A stretch of 64,000 bases of DNA from Candidatus Methanosuratincola verstraetei (GCA_049570475.1 CP186953.1:1457744-1521743); one strand, 5' to 3'. Shown: positions 1-10,144, numbered from the stretch's first letter. Numbers and translations are program-made. Notes: a model not told the origin generated them from the letters alone.

Positions 1-1
1 C

Positions 2-406
2 TTGACCCAACTTCTTTATGAAATCTTCCCAGGATGGAATGGCGACTGGACCGCCCTCCAGGGGATGACGCCAGACACCTCTAACCTGGAAACGGGCACA
101 ATATTATCCCTATTGGGCGGGATCCTTGTTGTACTCGTGATACTTTATATAACCGCAATCTTAGGCGGCTTCTTCACCAGGCGGTCGTTCAAGGCCCTAT
201 CGGAGAAAACAGGCATCGGGCTCTTCTCGACAGCAGGGCTGATATTTTTCATTGGAACTTTCCTTACCATCATACTCATAGGGTTCCTTCTAATCTGGAT
301 CTCAATACTCCTGATCGCGATTGCCTTCTTCCAAATAAGGGCACAGCCAGAAGCCCCCGCAGCCGCAACCGCAGCGGTCGCCCCTCCCGCACCCTCGACG
401 GGATGA
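2..406 (+). CDS. DUF996-like membrane protein (5' truncated by window edge)
   Basis: Hydrophobic helices and the pattern SFKALSEKTGIGLFSTAGLIFFIG...ILIGFLL, recognised as typical of archaeal DUF996 proteins; Ala/Pro-rich tail. Confidence 0.7.
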   Translation: MTQLLYEIFPGWNGDWTALQGMTPDTSNLETGTILSLLGGILVVLVILYITAILGGFFTRRSFKALSEKTGIGLFSTAGLIFFIGTFLTIILIGFLLIWISILLIAIAFFQIRAQPEAPAAATAAVAPPAPSTG

Positions 407-432
407 CCGCCAATCAAAAATAACCAATTGCA

Positions 433-476
433 TTTTTCTTTTTTCTGAATGGTGCAACCAAACCACTCTTTTTTCC
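433..476 (+). terminator. Oligo-T tracts, probable archaeal terminator
   Basis: TTTTTCTTTTTT and CTTTTTT runs shortly after the stop at 406. Confidence 0.4.
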
Positions 477-852
477 GTCTGACGCAAAGAGATGATTCGA
501 TGCGGCGCATTCATCAGCCTATCTTTTTTCAATCCTGCGCATCCCGGGCGCGTTCAAGATTGTACTGCCTGATCGCTTCCCTAATCCCAAAAAACCAATG
601 AAGCATGGCATGCAAATAAAAACTCCAGTTGATCAAGGTATCTTCATAAACAAACTTTTCCTTGGAGAGTCTGTTGGGCGAAAATGTTTCCTGCCCCAGG
701 CTTGCCGGTGCAATGTTGATCCCATGGTAGTGCCAAGAATTTTTGGCGAAAGTGACAGAATGATCACGAGCAGTTAAGAATGTGGCAAACCGCTGTAATG
801 GGAGCTGCGGCATCCGAGCACTGTCCGACGGGTCGCTGGGGCTCAAGGGGGC

Positions 853-3021
853 GTGGTGTGTTTGGGGCGCGAACGCGGTTGGATATTGGACGCATACGTC
901 AATGGAACAGAGGCGGTCGTCTGGATAAAGACCGAGGGCGGGCGGGCCCTGCGCTTGAGGGATCAGTACGCCCCGTTCTTCCACGTTCTCTGCAGCCCGG
1001 GATGCGAGGAAGGGATCGCTTACCAGATCTCCGAGTGCCCCGAGGTCAGGAGGGTCTGCGCTGAGGAGCTAATCCCGTCTTTTGGCGATCGCGCCAGGCA
1101 GATGTTGAAGGTAGAGACTTGGGGTCTGCACCTCCGGAGGCTGGCCTTTGCGGCAAAGCGGATCCCTGGGGTCGAAGCCGTCTACAACCTTCCCCTCAGC
1201 CACGTGCAGCGCTACCTCTTCACGAGGCTCAGGGCAGAGCCAACTTCTAGGGTCGAGGCTGACTTCGACGGGGACCGGCTTCTGGCAGTCAGGAAGCTGG
1301 ATGACGAGGAGGGGCTGGCGCCTCCGCCCTTCAGCCTGGCTGCTTTCGCCCCCAGGATGGAGAGGCGTGGCGGTCGGTGGGAATTGAGGTCGGTCCGATG
1401 CACTTCCTGCGGGTACGAAGCATCCGGAGGCGAGGCGCACGTCCTGGAATCATTTTTTGACCATCTCGCCTCCGAGGATCCTGACCTCGTCCTGATCCCC
1501 GATCTGGACAGGCGGTTTTACCCTTCGATACAGTGGCTTTCAAAGGAGGAAGGGGTGCCGCTCAGGCTGGGGAGGTGCGGCGATCCTTACAAGCGCCTCC
1601 AAGGGTCTGCAGCGGGCAGGGTCTTCCTAGGCTCAGTCTTCTACGGGTTCAGCGCCGACAGGTGGGGCATTGCCGGCCTAGTTGAGCGATCCAGGTTCGC
1701 ATTCGCCACGATGGGGCAGGCGACGAGGTGGCTCAGCAATAGGGCGATCGACTCCAGGACATCGTTCGAGCTGATCAGCAGGGGGCATGCGGTGCCTGAG
1801 GAGGACTACAGGGAGTGCGCAAGGCCGCTGGGCGAGCTCGCTGCAAGGGACCGGGGCGGGATCACCTTCACCCCCGTACCGGGAATGCTCTACGAGAACG
1901 TTGCCGCCCTCGACTTCGACTCCCAATACCCCAGCCTGATCCTGAGGGACGGGATCAGCTACGAGAGCCCATACGGGAGCGGGGGCAGCACCGGCGATGC
2001 AGGGGCCCCCTGCGCCGGCGACGGCAGGGGCAAGCCGATCCTCGGGTCCGTGATCGAAGAGTGGCTCAGGAGGCGGCTCGCGCTGAAACGCCTCCGCAGG
2101 ACCCTTGCAGAAGGAACGGACGATCGGAGGTTCTGCGAGGAGCGGATAAGCGCGATCAAGATGATACTCGTCACTATATACGGGGTCTCGGGGTGCTGCA
2201 GGAACCGCTTCGGGAACCCTGTTGTCTTCGAGGAGATCAACCGGAGATCCAGGGAGGCGATGGTGGCTGCCAAGAGGATCGCCGACGCAAAGGGATTCCG
2301 CGTTATCTATGCCGATGTCGACTCGATCTTCGTTACCAGGCGAGGTGCGTCCATTTCCGAATACGCGGACCTAGCTGGCACCATCGGGTCAGAGACCGGG
2401 CTCTCCATTTCGATCGACCGCCACTTCAAGTTCTTGGCATTCCCGAGGCTCAGGCGAGACCCGTCCTCTTCAGCGCTGAAGCGGTACTTCGGCGTGACCT
2501 ACGACGGCGAGGTCGTGGCGCGGGGCATAGAGATGCGGAGGGGGGACATGCCGGGGGTGGTTAGGAGGTTCCAGGAGGGGCTGATAAGGGAGGTCTTCTC
2601 CTGCAGGGACTCTGAGGAAGTCCTCTCCTTGGGCGTCTGTCGGGGGAGGGCCCTTCTCAGGAGAGCCCTCAGGGAGATCAGCGCTGGCATGCCCTGCAAG
2701 GAAGGCCTTGTGGTCAGGAGGCGCCTGGGGAAGGATCCAGGATCCTACAAGGTGAGCACAGCTGAGCGCTCTGCGGCCCTCCAGCTTCTCGCCCTCGGGA
2801 AGGGTGCCTCTCCAGGCGAAGAGGTCGAGTTCGTCCGATCCAGCGCCTCCCACCAGAACCCCTTGTGCAGGGTAAGGATCCCGGATCTCTTCAGCGGCAA
2901 CTTCGACAGGGCATATTATGGAAGGCTCTTGACCGAGGCTGCCAGGGTTGTATTCGAGAGCATCGGCGCCGGTGAGGTCGCTGACAGGCAGCAGGCAAGC
3001 CTGGTGCAGTGGATGGGTTAG
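853..3021 (+). CDS. Family B DNA polymerase, PolB2-like (degenerate exonuclease domain, C-terminal PIP box)
   Basis: Motif A LDFDSQYPS, motif B variant KMILVTIYG, motif C YADVDS, plus KRYFG and RGIEMRR. The ExoI D-I-E motif is absent (LAAFAPR). Ends QASLVQWMG. Confidence 0.9.
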   Translation: MVCLGRERGWILDAYVNGTEAVVWIKTEGGRALRLRDQYAPFFHVLCSPGCEEGIAYQISECPEVRRVCAEELIPSFGDRARQMLKVETWGLHLRRLAFAAKRIPGVEAVYNLPLSHVQRYLFTRLRAEPTSRVEADFDGDRLLAVRKLDDEEGLAPPPFSLAAFAPRMERRGGRWELRSVRCTSCGYEASGGEAHVLESFFDHLASEDPDLVLIPDLDRRFYPSIQWLSKEEGVPLRLGRCGDPYKRLQGSAAGRVFLGSVFYGFSADRWGIAGLVERSRFAFATMGQATRWLSNRAIDSRTSFELISRGHAVPEEDYRECARPLGELAARDRGGITFTPVPGMLYENVAALDFDSQYPSLILRDGISYESPYGSGGSTGDAGAPCAGDGRGKPILGSVIEEWLRRRLALKRLRRTLAEGTDDRRFCEERISAIKMILVTIYGVSGCCRNRFGNPVVFEEINRRSREAMVAAKRIADAKGFRVIYADVDSIFVTRRGASISEYADLAGTIGSETGLSISIDRHFKFLAFPRLRRDPSSSALKRYFGVTYDGEVVARGIEMRRGDMPGVVRRFQEGLIREVFSCRDSEEVLSLGVCRGRALLRRALREISAGMPCKEGLVVRRRLGKDPGSYKVSTAERSAALQLLALGKGASPGEEVEFVRSSASHQNPLCRVRIPDLFSGNFDRAYYGRLLTEAARVVFESIGAGEVADRQQASLVQWMG

Positions 3022-3271
3022 CCCCAAACTAGCCATTTCCCCCCTCAAATCATAATGGTTTGGAATCGAGGGGTTTTCGGGCAGAATGGGGATCCCTCTA
3101 GACGGCTTATATCCATGGTTGTTGGGGCGCCTCATGGGCTTGATTAGCTGCCTTTTCAATCACGGGCTGCAATTCGATCCCTGCTGATCGAAAAGCGAAT
3201 TGGGTTCAAAGCAATAATATTTTATGAATTTCTTGGCAAATTTTATTAGCCATCTTTGCGCATATACAATC

Positions 3272-4675
3272 ATGATCAGCACAGCTGACCTTGCCGTCAT
3301 AGCTGCCTACATGGTCGTTGTCTTCTTAATAGGAGTCATATACCGGAAGTCCGGTTCTACATACGAATACATGGTCGCTGGAGGTCGCATGGGCTTCCTC
3401 TCTTCATATTCGACTTTTGCTGCAACGGCGATAGGTGCAGGCTTCGCGATGGGGATCATCGGCAACGTGTACCGATTGGGCATTTCTGGGGCTTGGACGC
3501 TGTTGGCATTCGGGTTCGGGTTCGCGATGATATACCTCCTGATGCCGAGGGTAAGGCGCCTTGGCGAGAAGTACCGGTTCACCACCCTCCCGGAGATGGT
3601 AGGCAAGAGGATGGGGAGGGGCGTCCGGGTGCTCGCGGGAATAGTTACGGTGGCGGGCATCTCAGGATTCATAGCCGACAACTTCGTGGGTCTCGGGACG
3701 ATCTTCAAAGTATACTTCGGCATAGACCTCTGGGTCGGGATACTTGTGGCTGCGGCCATAACTGCCTTTTACACCGTGCTAGGCGGTCAGGTTGCAGTCA
3801 TCAGGACGGACATGATACAGTGGGCAATAGCGGCATTCGGGATTGCGTTCATTGTGTTGCCGCTGGCCCTGGCAAGCGCAGGAGGCTGGGAAAAAATCGC
3901 CTCGACCCTCCCCCCTGATCGCCTGAGCCTTTCATCCCTCTCAGCTTACGCAATAGCCGGCGGGCTGACCTCAATGGTCTTTGGGGTCCAGTTCCAGAAC
4001 CACTTGGTGCAGAGGCAGTGGGTCGCCAAGGACAGGAAGGTGCTGCTTAGGTCGGCAGTCCTTGCAAACCTTACATTCTTCCTCTGGGCAGCCGTCTGCA
4101 CAGTGATAGGTCTTGCGGGCGCAGTGGTCTTCCCAAGCCTCTCTTCAGCGCAGTCGCTCCTTCCTCTCGTGGTGAACGAGGTCGTGCCCGCGGGCCTCAG
4201 CGGCTTCGTCATCGCCGCCCTCCTCTCAATCATAATGTCGAGCGTGGACTCCTTCCTGATTGGGGTCTCCTCGAGCCTCTCGAAGGACATAGTGGGCGTT
4301 GCCTTCCCGGATATGGACGACAGGCGGATGCTCCAGGTGACCAGGCTGAGCGCCCTGCTACTGACGCTCCTTGCGGTCGGGATCGCGATCCTCTACCCAG
4401 ACATCCTGGGTCTGATAGTGGCTTTCTTCTCCACGATTGCAAGCGGGCTCGGGGTGCCGGTTCTTGCAACGCTCTTCTGGAGGAGGGCTACGCCCCCGGG
4501 AGTCGCGGCTGGGATAATGGCAGGATCTATAGTGGCGCTCTACCTCCGCCTGACCGCATCGCCGTTCGATCCATCGCTTGTAGGGGTCCCTGTGAGCCTC
4601 GCAGCGACCGTGCTCGTCAGCCTTGCAACGAAGCCCCAGCCGAAGCCGCTGATCGACGAGTACTTCGGAAAATGA
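3272..4675 (+). CDS. Sodium:solute symporter family protein
   Basis: About 13 hydrophobic segments; EYMVAGG, YTVLGG..AVIRTD..Q and IMSSVDS motifs. ATG 3272 preferred over 3224, which lies in the AT-rich promoter. Confidence 0.9.
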   Translation: MISTADLAVIAAYMVVVFLIGVIYRKSGSTYEYMVAGGRMGFLSSYSTFAATAIGAGFAMGIIGNVYRLGISGAWTLLAFGFGFAMIYLLMPRVRRLGEKYRFTTLPEMVGKRMGRGVRVLAGIVTVAGISGFIADNFVGLGTIFKVYFGIDLWVGILVAAAITAFYTVLGGQVAVIRTDMIQWAIAAFGIAFIVLPLALASAGGWEKIASTLPPDRLSLSSLSAYAIAGGLTSMVFGVQFQNHLVQRQWVAKDRKVLLRSAVLANLTFFLWAAVCTVIGLAGAVVFPSLSSAQSLLPLVVNEVVPAGLSGFVIAALLSIIMSSVDSFLIGVSSSLSKDIVGVAFPDMDDRRMLQVTRLSALLLTLLAVGIAILYPDILGLIVAFFSTIASGLGVPVLATLFWRRATPPGVAAGIMAGSIVALYLRLTASPFDPSLVGVPVSLAATVLVSLATKPQPKPLIDEYFGK

Positions 4676-4713
4676 CGGAAACTGGAAAAAATGGAGTAAA
4701 AGAGGTAACTGGA

Positions 4714-5700
4714 ATGAAATTCAGCAGGAGAAGAAAAGTCCTGGTCTCAGCGCTTGCAATCGCCCTGATTGTGTTTCTGGTGGTGCCTTTCCTGATACCG
4801 ATCCCGCCGCTCACGGGCACATTCCCCTCAGACAGGCTCGGGAAATCCGACAGCCGTTTCGCTGTAGTGAACGGGATAAAAGTGCATTACAAGATGTACG
4901 GGTCGGGAGAGCCCGTGGTCATCCTCATGCATGGCTTCGGGGCCTATTCTTTCTCATTCGATCCTGTAATGCAGCCCCTCTCCGAATACGGGACGGTCAT
5001 CGCGTTCGACAGGCCAGCGTTCGGATTCACCGAGCGCCCAATACTGGACACTTGGGAAGGCCCCAACCCCTACACGAACGAGTTCGCGGCTGACCTTGCG
5101 GTAGGCCTCATGGACGAGCTGGGGATAGGCAAGGCGATCCTGGTCGGGCATTCTGCCGGGGGCGCTGTCGCAATCCTCACGTACTACCGCCACCCCGAGA
5201 GGGTGAGCGCGTTGATACTCGAGGACGCCGCAGTCTACGGCGGAGGGGTGCCCTGGTACATCGGGCTATTCCTGTGGCTGCCGCAGGTCCAGAGGCTCGG
5301 TCCGCTCCTGGTCAGGGGGATCGCTGGGGATAGCGGGATAAGCACAATTTACCTCGCGTGGCACGACGACTCCAAGATAACCCCGGACATAATAGAGGGC
5401 TACCGTAGGCCGCTGATGGCTGATGGATGGGACTATGCCCTCTGGCAGTACACGCTCGCCTCGGGTGGGTCGGACCTTAAATCGAACCTGAGCAGAATCT
5501 CGGTCCCCGTTCTGGTAATGACAGGTTCCGATGACAAGATAGTCCCGCCCGACAACGCAATCCGCCTCTCCGAGGAGATCCCTGGTTCTTCCCTAGTCGT
5601 GATACCTGACTGCGGGCACATCCCCCACGAAGAAACCCCTCAAGAGTTCTTGGGGGCAGTGATCTCTTTCATGCGATCAAGTGGTCTGGCAGCTCGCTGA
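4714..5700 (+). CDS. Membrane-anchored alpha/beta hydrolase
   Basis: N-terminal TM/signal segment, HGFG oxyanion motif, GHSAGG nucleophile elbow, GSDDKIVP acid, CGHIPHEE His. Alternative start 4672. Confidence 0.9.
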   Translation: MKFSRRRKVLVSALAIALIVFLVVPFLIPIPPLTGTFPSDRLGKSDSRFAVVNGIKVHYKMYGSGEPVVILMHGFGAYSFSFDPVMQPLSEYGTVIAFDRPAFGFTERPILDTWEGPNPYTNEFAADLAVGLMDELGIGKAILVGHSAGGAVAILTYYRHPERVSALILEDAAVYGGGVPWYIGLFLWLPQVQRLGPLLVRGIAGDSGISTIYLAWHDDSKITPDIIEGYRRPLMADGWDYALWQYTLASGGSDLKSNLSRISVPVLVMTGSDDKIVPPDNAIRLSEEIPGSSLVVIPDCGHIPHEETPQEFLGAVISFMRSSGLAAR

Positions 5701-5786
5701 CACCAAGCGACTGCCAAGGTTTTTCTATCACGCCTGCGTAAGTGATCATGCGCTCTGCGCGCGGAACGCATGTTTAGCCGTGGTAG

Positions 5787-7055
5787 ATGATATTGATAGT
5801 ACTCAAGGACAAAAAAGATTATGATCGGCTCGAACCCGAGTTCAGGGACAAGGTGAACTCGTACATCTGCTTTGCGAGGTGGTACGTCCCCTACTACAGG
5901 CGGTCTCTGCAGGACTTCTGCGCGGACTTCAGCAGGTACTACGAGATGCCGCTTACTAAGGACGACAGCCTATCGTCCGACCCGCTCTCCTTCGTGGCAT
6001 TCCAGGACAGGGTTGTCCGCGCGACTACCTCAGGGGGGACGTCGGGGAAGCGGAAGATGATCTTCAGGACCGAAGAGGATCTCGATCGGAGCGTCGATAC
6101 TGTGGCGAAGGTATTCCGCGGGGCTGGCGTGAAGAGGGGTGACAGGATAGCTATCCTGCAGCCTTTCGACATGTGGAACACCGGGCACCATGCGATGGCG
6201 GCTTTCCAGCGGATCGGGGCGCTGAGCTTCCCTTTGGGCCTCTCCGGGACGGACGAGTACGTTCTCTGGATCCTGGAGAAGCTCTGCTGCAACGTCATAT
6301 TCGCAACCCCGTCCCGCGCCTCATTCTTAGCCTCGCTGCATAAGGGAGGGCTGTGCCTGGAGAGGGTGCTCTGCACCGGCGAGCCGATACTTGAGGCGCA
6401 CCGCGAGTCGGTCAGGAAGGCGTGGGGAGCCGAGATCTTCGGTACCTACGGCACCGAGGAGGTCGATGGGATAGCCTACGAGTGCGCGGCTCACGACGGC
6501 TACCACCTTGTGGACGAGGACCTCATCGTTGAGATTCTTGACCCTGAGACGCTCATGCCTGCAGGGGGGCGTACCGGGCTTCTTGTCCTGAGCAAGATAA
6601 ACCGCACCGGGACTGTGCTGTTGAGGTATTCCGTCGGCGACATCGTTGAGGTCGACGAGAAGCCCTGCAGGTGCGGGTCCAGCATGCCCAGGATCAAGTT
6701 CATCAGGAGGGCTTCCGAGATCATCTACCTCTACAACGGGCTGAAGATCTCCCTGCAGCCAATCGAGGGAGCCATAAGGTCCGTGCTCGGGTACGTGCCG
6801 CTATACCAGATCATCCTGGAAGGGAGTGGCGGGAAAGAGGTCATGACGCTGGTTATCCAGAAGGGCGGATCCGACGAGGTTCGCGATCGAGTCTTGAGGT
6901 CCTTCCTCTCCTCGATCCCTGACCTTGAGGAGGCTTACGCCTTGGACAAGACCATTGAGATCAAGGTAGTTCTTGACGCATCCTTCTCCTCATTCTCAAT
7001 GACCGGGAGGGGCAAGCTGCCAAGGGTGGTCGACCGGAGGAAACCCCAGCCTTAG
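5787..7055 (+). CDS. Phenylacetate-CoA ligase (PaaK)-like AMP-forming ligase
   Basis: TTSGGTSGK P-loop, TGEP, YGTEE, LLRYSVGD, CRCG and GKLPRVVDRR motifs. Confidence 0.85.
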   Translation: MILIVLKDKKDYDRLEPEFRDKVNSYICFARWYVPYYRRSLQDFCADFSRYYEMPLTKDDSLSSDPLSFVAFQDRVVRATTSGGTSGKRKMIFRTEEDLDRSVDTVAKVFRGAGVKRGDRIAILQPFDMWNTGHHAMAAFQRIGALSFPLGLSGTDEYVLWILEKLCCNVIFATPSRASFLASLHKGGLCLERVLCTGEPILEAHRESVRKAWGAEIFGTYGTEEVDGIAYECAAHDGYHLVDEDLIVEILDPETLMPAGGRTGLLVLSKINRTGTVLLRYSVGDIVEVDEKPCRCGSSMPRIKFIRRASEIIYLYNGLKISLQPIEGAIRSVLGYVPLYQIILEGSGGKEVMTLVIQKGGSDEVRDRVLRSFLSSIPDLEEAYALDKTIEIKVVLDASFSSFSMTGRGKLPRVVDRRKPQP

Positions 7056-7075
7056 GTGCGCCGATAGCCCTTGGC

Positions 7076-7654
7076 TCATCCTCTTCCATCTGGCGCATTG
7101 CCGCATCCCAGCTTCTCCGCCAGCTCCCTGAGGGCCTCGAGCAGCTCCACAAGCTTCTCCCTGGTCCTGGCGTCGGCTATCTTCCCGTCTGCGCCGAACT
7201 TCTTCTCTGCATTAGGGACAAAGAGCTCCGGGTACACCAGCGCATGCATACCTAGCCCGACGCATATCTGCCTCAGGTGGTACTGCGCCCTCGATGTTCC
7301 CATCGATCCCGTGGAAGCCCCTGCGATCGCAACAGGCTTGCCTTCGAAAGGGCTCTCCTCAAATGGCCTGGATGCCCAGTCGATCGCATTCTTGAGGACG
7401 CCTGGGACCGAATAGTTGTATTCAGGGGTGCAGAACAACAGCGCATCGGCTGACCTTACCTTCTCCTTCAGCGCTACGACCCTCTCGGGAGGCGCGTTCT
7501 CGAGATCCTGGTTGAACGGCGGTATGCCCTCCAGATCAAAGATCTCGACCTCGATCCCATTTGGGGCGAGATCCCTCGCGTTGAGCGCGAGCGCCCTGTT
7601 GAAAGACCCTCTCCTGAGGCTACCGGGGATTGCCAAGACCTTCATGCGAACCAT
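7076..7654 (-). CDS. NAD(P)H-dependent FMN reductase (ChrR/SsuE-like flavoprotein)
   Basis: GSLRRGSFN and TPEYNYSVPGVLKNAIDWASRP. Confidence 0.92.
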   Translation of the reverse strand: MVRMKVLAIPGSLRRGSFNRALALNARDLAPNGIEVEIFDLEGIPPFNQDLENAPPERVVALKEKVRSADALLFCTPEYNYSVPGVLKNAIDWASRPFEESPFEGKPVAIAGASTGSMGTSRAQYHLRQICVGLGMHALVYPELFVPNAEKKFGADGKIADARTREKLVELLEALRELAEKLGCGNAPDGRG

Positions 7655-7729
7655 CAGATAATTGATATCCGCACAGCAAATAAATTATTAGCGGACCCCC
7701 TGTGTTGGTCGCGTTTCCAGGTCGATACC

Positions 7730-7775
7730 CTTATATATTCAAATTCACAATTATCGATTAATATTACATTGTAAT
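7730..7775 (+). promoter_or_regulatory. acr3 promoter: TATA box plus palindrome ATTACA-T-TGTAAT
   Basis: CTTATATATT at ~7730-7739; perfect inverted repeat at 7763-7775 between TATA and the ATG. Confidence 0.45.
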
Positions 7776-7787
7776 GAGGCAATCCTG

Positions 7788-8837
7788 ATGTCTGAGGTAA
7801 AGTTCGGGATATGGGAAAAATACCTTAGCGTATGGGTATTCCTTTTCATCGTGGTTGGAATAGCCATAGGGAGGCTCTTCCCTGGCGTTTCTGACCTGCT
7901 CGGGCAGTTCTCAGTTGCGTACGTGAATGTGCCTATCGCGATCTGCCTCTTCGCCATGATCTACCCAATAATGGTGCAGATTGACTTCAATGAAGTGATC
8001 AGGGCTGGGAAGACCATAAAGCCGATCGCGGCCACGCTCTTTGTGAACTGGGCGATAAAGCCCTTCACCATGGCTTTCTTCGGCTGGGCATTCCTGCTGG
8101 TGATGTTCTCGCCGTTCATACCCGATTCTCTGGCTGCGCAATACCAGTACGGGCTAATTCTGCTCGGCGTGGCCCCGTGCACAGCGATGGTCCTCGTGTG
8201 GAGCTACCTTGCAAGGGGGAACATGGGGCACACGCTGGTCATGGTTGCAATAAACTCGCTGACAATGGTTGCTCTGTACGCCCCCCTCGCGGTATTCCTG
8301 CTGGGCATATCTGGGATTTCTATCCCCTGGGAAACGATAGGATTCGCAATAACAATGTACATACTGCTGCCGCTGATAGCGGGCTTCTACACGAGAAGGT
8401 ATGCCCTCAGGAGGAAGGGTCTCGAGTGGCTCAACACCTCCCTGAAGCCGAAGCTCGGAAGGGCGTCAATAATTGCCCTCCTTGTCACGCTGATCATCCT
8501 CTTCTCTACACAAGGCTATTTGATCCTCGAGCAGCCCCTGGTCATCGTCATGATCGCGTTGCCCATCTTCATCAACATACTCGTGATCTTCATAATAGCT
8601 TACGCCATATCGAAGCTGATTGGGCTCCCCTACGAGGATGCCGCACCCACGGCGCTCATCGGCGGGAGCAACCACTTTGAGGTAGCCATAGCGGTGGCAA
8701 TAACCCTTTTCGGGCTCGAGTCTGGCGCCGCGCTCTCCACAGTGGTCGGGGTGCTCACGGAGGTCCCATTTATGCTGCTGCTGGTTTACCTCTGCAAGGC
8801 AACGAGAGGCTGGTTCAAGGCAAAGGATAGGGATTGA
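7788..8837 (+). CDS. acr3: ACR3-family arsenite efflux transporter
   Basis: WEKYLSVWV, MIYPIM, NWAIKPF, APCTAMVLVW, SNHFEVAIAVA, VGVLTEVP. Confidence 0.95.
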   Translation: MSEVKFGIWEKYLSVWVFLFIVVGIAIGRLFPGVSDLLGQFSVAYVNVPIAICLFAMIYPIMVQIDFNEVIRAGKTIKPIAATLFVNWAIKPFTMAFFGWAFLLVMFSPFIPDSLAAQYQYGLILLGVAPCTAMVLVWSYLARGNMGHTLVMVAINSLTMVALYAPLAVFLLGISGISIPWETIGFAITMYILLPLIAGFYTRRYALRRKGLEWLNTSLKPKLGRASIIALLVTLIILFSTQGYLILEQPLVIVMIALPIFINILVIFIIAYAISKLIGLPYEDAAPTALIGGSNHFEVAIAVAITLFGLESGAALSTVVGVLTEVPFMLLLVYLCKATRGWFKAKDRD

Positions 8838-8843
8838 AATACA

Positions 8844-8855
8844 TTTTATTTTTTT
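8844..8855. terminator. T-rich tract between convergent acr3 and apgM
   Basis: TTTTATTTTTTT immediately after the acr3 stop. Confidence 0.4.
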
Positions 8856-8870
8856 ATACTACGGGCCGAA

Positions 8871-10073
8871 TTAGGTGAAGCCCCCTTGAAGCTTTAGTAT
8901 ATGAAAGAGTTCGCTCCCATTGAAACGCCCGAGCTTGCCCTTCGCTGCCGCAGCCTCGGAATACTCCTTCACGCCATCTGGGTTGAGTTTCCATCCTGAT
9001 GCCACAACAGGAACAGGATCAGCAGTATGCCTCCGCAGCTCGGTGGATGTAACGTGGTCAGCAAGTACGGCAACAAGGCATTCTTTAAGTTCGATACGTT
9101 CCAGCAAGAATCCGATCATCTCGTCTATCCTCCTTATCATTCTGATCTTTCCTTGGACGTCCCCATTGTGGCTGAGCTCATCGGTAGCCTCCACGTGCAG
9201 GAGTGCAAAGTCAAATTTCTCGAGGGCGTCCAACGCAGATCTCGCCTTAGAAATGAGATCCGTATCTGGCTTGCCTGTAGCTCCCTGCACTTGGGGCACA
9301 TGCATCCCACATAACCTGCAAATCCCCTTGATTAGCGGCACAGCAGCAATCCCTGCCCCCTCCATCCCGTGCCTTTCATTAAAGCTGGGCAGCATCGGCG
9401 CCCTCCCCCCGCCCCAAGGGATCAGTGTGAAGCATCCAGCCGGGCTTTCCACCCTCAGCTTGCCACTGATTATTCTGGCGCTCAATTCCCTGAATTGATA
9501 AAGCACCTCGGCGGTCTTCTCCCCCCCAGATCCTGTTCCCCTCGGGCGATCCGGGAGGCAGCCCAGCCGCTTCGGTTGTGGGTAGGTGATTTCAGGAGCC
9601 GACCGCTTGCCCCGAAGGGTCAGAATTCCCCTGTAACCCAGCGTAAACCTGAAGCTTGCCTCTATCCCTTCGAACCGATCCTGAAGCTCTTGGTTTATCT
9701 CTTTCTCAACCTCTGACCGGATCCCTTCGTCTAGCTCGACCTTTTCGTCTATTACAACCCCATCCGGGCTCAGCATGCAGAGGTTGCACCTATAAAAAGC
9801 GCCGTCAGGCTGCATCTCTATTCCTGCGCCAGCGGCCTCCAGCGGTCCGCGGCCTGTATAGTAGCGTCGCGGGTTGTACCCAAGGAAATTCAGGTGCGCA
9901 ACATCGCTTCCTGGCGGAATGCCGGCGATTGGGGGATCCATTAGACCGGAACGACCTGTTGCCGCGAGTGTATCCAAATTCTCTGCCCCCGCCGCTTGGA
10001 GCGGGGTCTTGCCGCCGAGATCGCCTATGGGCAGGTCGGCCATGCCGTCTGCGACTATGAGCAGAATCTGCAT
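8871..10073 (-). CDS. apgM: Cofactor-independent phosphoglycerate mutase family protein (ApgM)
   Basis: IVADGMAD..GKTPLQAA, PGSDVAHL, YYTGRGPLEAAG, HVEATDELSH, ADH, HTADPVP. Start at ATG 10073. Confidence 0.88.
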   Translation of the reverse strand: MQILLIVADGMADLPIGDLGGKTPLQAAGAENLDTLAATGRSGLMDPPIAGIPPGSDVAHLNFLGYNPRRYYTGRGPLEAAGAGIEMQPDGAFYRCNLCMLSPDGVVIDEKVELDEGIRSEVEKEINQELQDRFEGIEASFRFTLGYRGILTLRGKRSAPEITYPQPKRLGCLPDRPRGTGSGGEKTAEVLYQFRELSARIISGKLRVESPAGCFTLIPWGGGRAPMLPSFNERHGMEGAGIAAVPLIKGICRLCGMHVPQVQGATGKPDTDLISKARSALDALEKFDFALLHVEATDELSHNGDVQGKIRMIRRIDEMIGFLLERIELKECLVAVLADHVTSTELRRHTADPVPVVASGWKLNPDGVKEYSEAAAAKGKLGRFNGSELFHILKLQGGFT

Positions 10074-10100
10074 ACATTTTTTGATTTGTGGCAACAACTT

Positions 10101-10130
10101 TTTATATTTATGGTTGGATAATCCATCCTT
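10101..10130 (+). promoter_or_regulatory. btuF promoter: TATA box followed by candidate operator GGATAATCCATCCTT
   Basis: TTTATATTTA at 10101-10110; the 15-mer at 10116-10130 recurs exactly at 19473-19487. Confidence 0.55.
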
Positions 10131-10144
10131 GAGAAAGAACGGGG

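Noticed and set aside
529-984. Minus-strand 151-aa ORF upstream of polB
   Set aside because: Overlaps the polB start and has no recognisable motif; at most a gene remnant.
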